64,000 bases of DNA. Origin: Dongiaceae bacterium. GTDB taxonomy: Bacteria > Pseudomonadota > Alphaproteobacteria > SHNJ01. A program made the position numbers and the translations under genes. Positions 62,478-64,000 of this stretch are shown piece by piece. The stretch covers positions 154,202-218,201 of the forward strand of contig JBFXCK010000002.1 in NCBI GenBank assembly GCA_050182275.1, written 5' to 3'. Each line of letters starts with the position of its first letter. The first letter of the stretch is position 1. The notes beneath the pieces are model-generated. The model was given only the letters and a program-made list of their open reading frames with translations. It did no database searches and was not told the DNA's origin.

Positions 62478-64000
62478 GTGATTCGGCAATATGAACTGGT
62501 TGAACGCGTTAAATCCTACGACCCCAATCTTGACGAAGCGGGCCTTAACCGCGCTTATGTTTTCGCTTTAAAAGCCCATGGTTCGCAGCGCCGCGAATCG
62601 GGCGACCCGTATTTTTCCCATCCCCTCGAAGTCGCCGGCATGCTGGCCGATATGCGGCTTGATGGCTCATCCATCATCACCGCGCTTTTGCATGACACGG
62701 TTGAAGACACCTCGATTAATTTAAAAGACATCAAAGGCATGTTCGGCGAGGAGATCGCCAAGCTGGTTGATGGCGTCACCAAGCTCTCGCGGCTTGAGCT
62801 GCAATCCGACCACACCAAACAGGCTGAAAATTTCCGCAAACTTGTCATTGCGATGTCGGAAGATATTCGCGTGCTGCTGGTCAAATTGGCTGACCGCACC
62901 CATAATATGCGCACGCTGCATTTCAAAAATGATCCGGAAAAACGCCGCCGTATCGCCATGGAAACCATGGAAATCTATGCGCCCTTGGCCGAGCGCATCG
63001 GCATGCAGGCGATCAAGGATGAATTGGAGGATTTGGCGTTTCAGGAATTATATCCCGAAGCGCGGCAATCCATTATCACCCGCCTTGATTTCTTGCGCGC
63101 GCAAGGCACCAATTTGGTTGGGCGCATTATCGATGAATTAAAAGAAGTTTTAAGCAAGGCCAGCTTGCCGGCTATTGTGATTGGCCGCGAAAAATCGCCT
63201 TATTCGATTTGGCGCAAAATGCAGCGCCGCAATGTTGAGTTTGAACAATTATCCGACATCATGGCTTTCCGCGTGAATGTCGATTCGGTCGAGCAATGTT
63301 ATCAAGCTTTGGGCGTGATTCATGCGCGCTATCCGGTCGTGCCGGGCCGCTTTAAGGATTATATTTCAACGCCGAAACCGAACGGTTACCAATCGCTTCA
63401 TACCACCGTGATCGGGCCGGAGCGCCAGCGCATCGAAATTCAAATCCGCACCAAAGATATGCATGATGTTTCCGAGCGCGGAGTGGCCGCGCACTGGCAA
63501 TATAAGCAAGGCGAGGGGCTTAAAGAGGGCAAGCAATATCGCTGGCTGCGCCATCTATTGGATATTTTAGAGCAAGCCTCGAACCCCGAAGAATTTTTAG
63601 AGCATACCAAGCTTGAAATGTATCAAGACCAGGTGTTTTGTTTCTCGCCCAAGGGCGATTTGATCGCTTTGCCGCGCGGCGCGACACCGGTTGATTTCGC
63701 CTATGCGGTGCACAGCCAAGTCGGCGATTCTTGCGTTGGCGCCAAAATCAATGGCCGGATCATGCCGCTTCGCACCGTTTTGCAAAACGGCGATCAGGTT
63801 GAAATCATCACCAGCAAGGCGCAAACGCCATCGCCGACTTGGGAAGAATTTGTGGTTACCGGCAAGGCTAAAGCGCGGATCCGCCGTTTTGTCCGCACCC
63901 AAAAGCGCGAGCAATATTTAAGTTTGGGCCGCAGCATTCTGCAAAAGGTTTTCCGCCAGGAAGGCCAAAACTTTGCCGACAAAGCCTTGGAGCCGCTCCT
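62478..64000 (+). CDS. spoT: bifunctional (p)ppGpp synthetase/hydrolase RelA/SpoT homologue, 5' part (runs off window end; GTG start)
   Basis: Frame open from GTG 62478 to the window end. HD domain HPLEVAGMLADMRLD...ALLHDTVEDT, synthetase motifs RxKxxxSIxxK / YxSxH. Not in the ORF track because no stop occurs within the window. Confidence 0.85.
   Translation, partial: MIRQYELVERVKSYDPNLDEAGLNRAYVFALKAHGSQRRESGDPYFSHPLEVAGMLADMRLDGSSIITALLHDTVEDTSINLKDIKGMFGEEIAKLVDGVTKLSRLELQSDHTKQAENFRKLVIAMSEDIRVLLVKLADRTHNMRTLHFKNDPEKRRRIAMETMEIYAPLAERIGMQAIKDELEDLAFQELYPEARQSIITRLDFLRAQGTNLVGRIIDELKEVLSKASLPAIVIGREKSPYSIWRKMQRRNVEFEQLSDIMAFRVNVDSVEQCYQALGVIHARYPVVPGRFKDYISTPKPNGYQSLHTTVIGPERQRIEIQIRTKDMHDVSERGVAAHWQYKQGEGLKEGKQYRWLRHLLDILEQASNPEEFLEHTKLEMYQDQVFCFSPKGDLIALPRGATPVDFAYAVHSQVGDSCVGAKINGRIMPLRTVLQNGDQVEIITSKAQTPSPTWEEFVVTGKAKARIRRFVRTQKREQYLSLGRSILQKVFRQEGQNFADKALEPL

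Noticed and set aside
62767-63141. 124-aa ORF on the plus strand
   Set aside because: Out-of-frame within the RelA/SpoT gene, whose frame is open from GTG 62478 to the window end.

Overview
This 64 kb window is most consistent with an alphaproteobacterial chromosome (my inference from gene content and synteny, not confirmed). The backbone is dense in housekeeping genes. These include valS, argS, serS, uvrA, gyrA, ssb, coaD, secDF-yajC, tatABC, scpAB, nagZ, sodB, ald, xthA, erpA, a dGTPase, rpoZ with a RelA/SpoT homologue, a PopZ-like protein, a TolC-family protein and a LapG-like protease. Five tRNA genes lie on the minus strand: Pro, Arg, Asn, Cys and Lys. Several accessory patches stand out against this backbone. 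(i) A visibly AT-rich cassette at the left edge holds a truncated large protein whose C-terminal domain is paralogous to a downstream stand-alone gene, plus a small partner ORF and a 21-bp direct repeat, which looks like a toxin/immunity arrangement. (ii) An AT-rich two-gene islet abuts the 3' end of tRNA-Pro. It encodes a single-pass membrane protein convergent with a protein carrying a C-terminal TIR-like (CAP12/PycTIR-type) nucleotide-binding domain, and I think it is the best candidate for an undescribed defence-type system. (iii) A phage-like cI/Cro divergent switch has perfect palindromic operators and controls an operon of two paralogous pilin-like Cys-rich proteins and a lipoprotein, with an HExxH protein downstream of the repressor. 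(iv) A family of ~90-bp repeats, each a tRNA 3'-end fragment plus a conserved hairpin module, is stacked downstream of tRNA-Asn (one copy) and tRNA-Lys (three tandem copies). (v) Two families of small palindromic intergenic elements are present. (vi) A five-module phosphorelay operon combines a receiver-GHKL protein, a hybrid kinase with four receiver domains and an Hpt protein. (vii) Three exported proteins of unknown function are inserted between tatC and serS. No CRISPR array, rRNA, integrase or transposase was recognisable.
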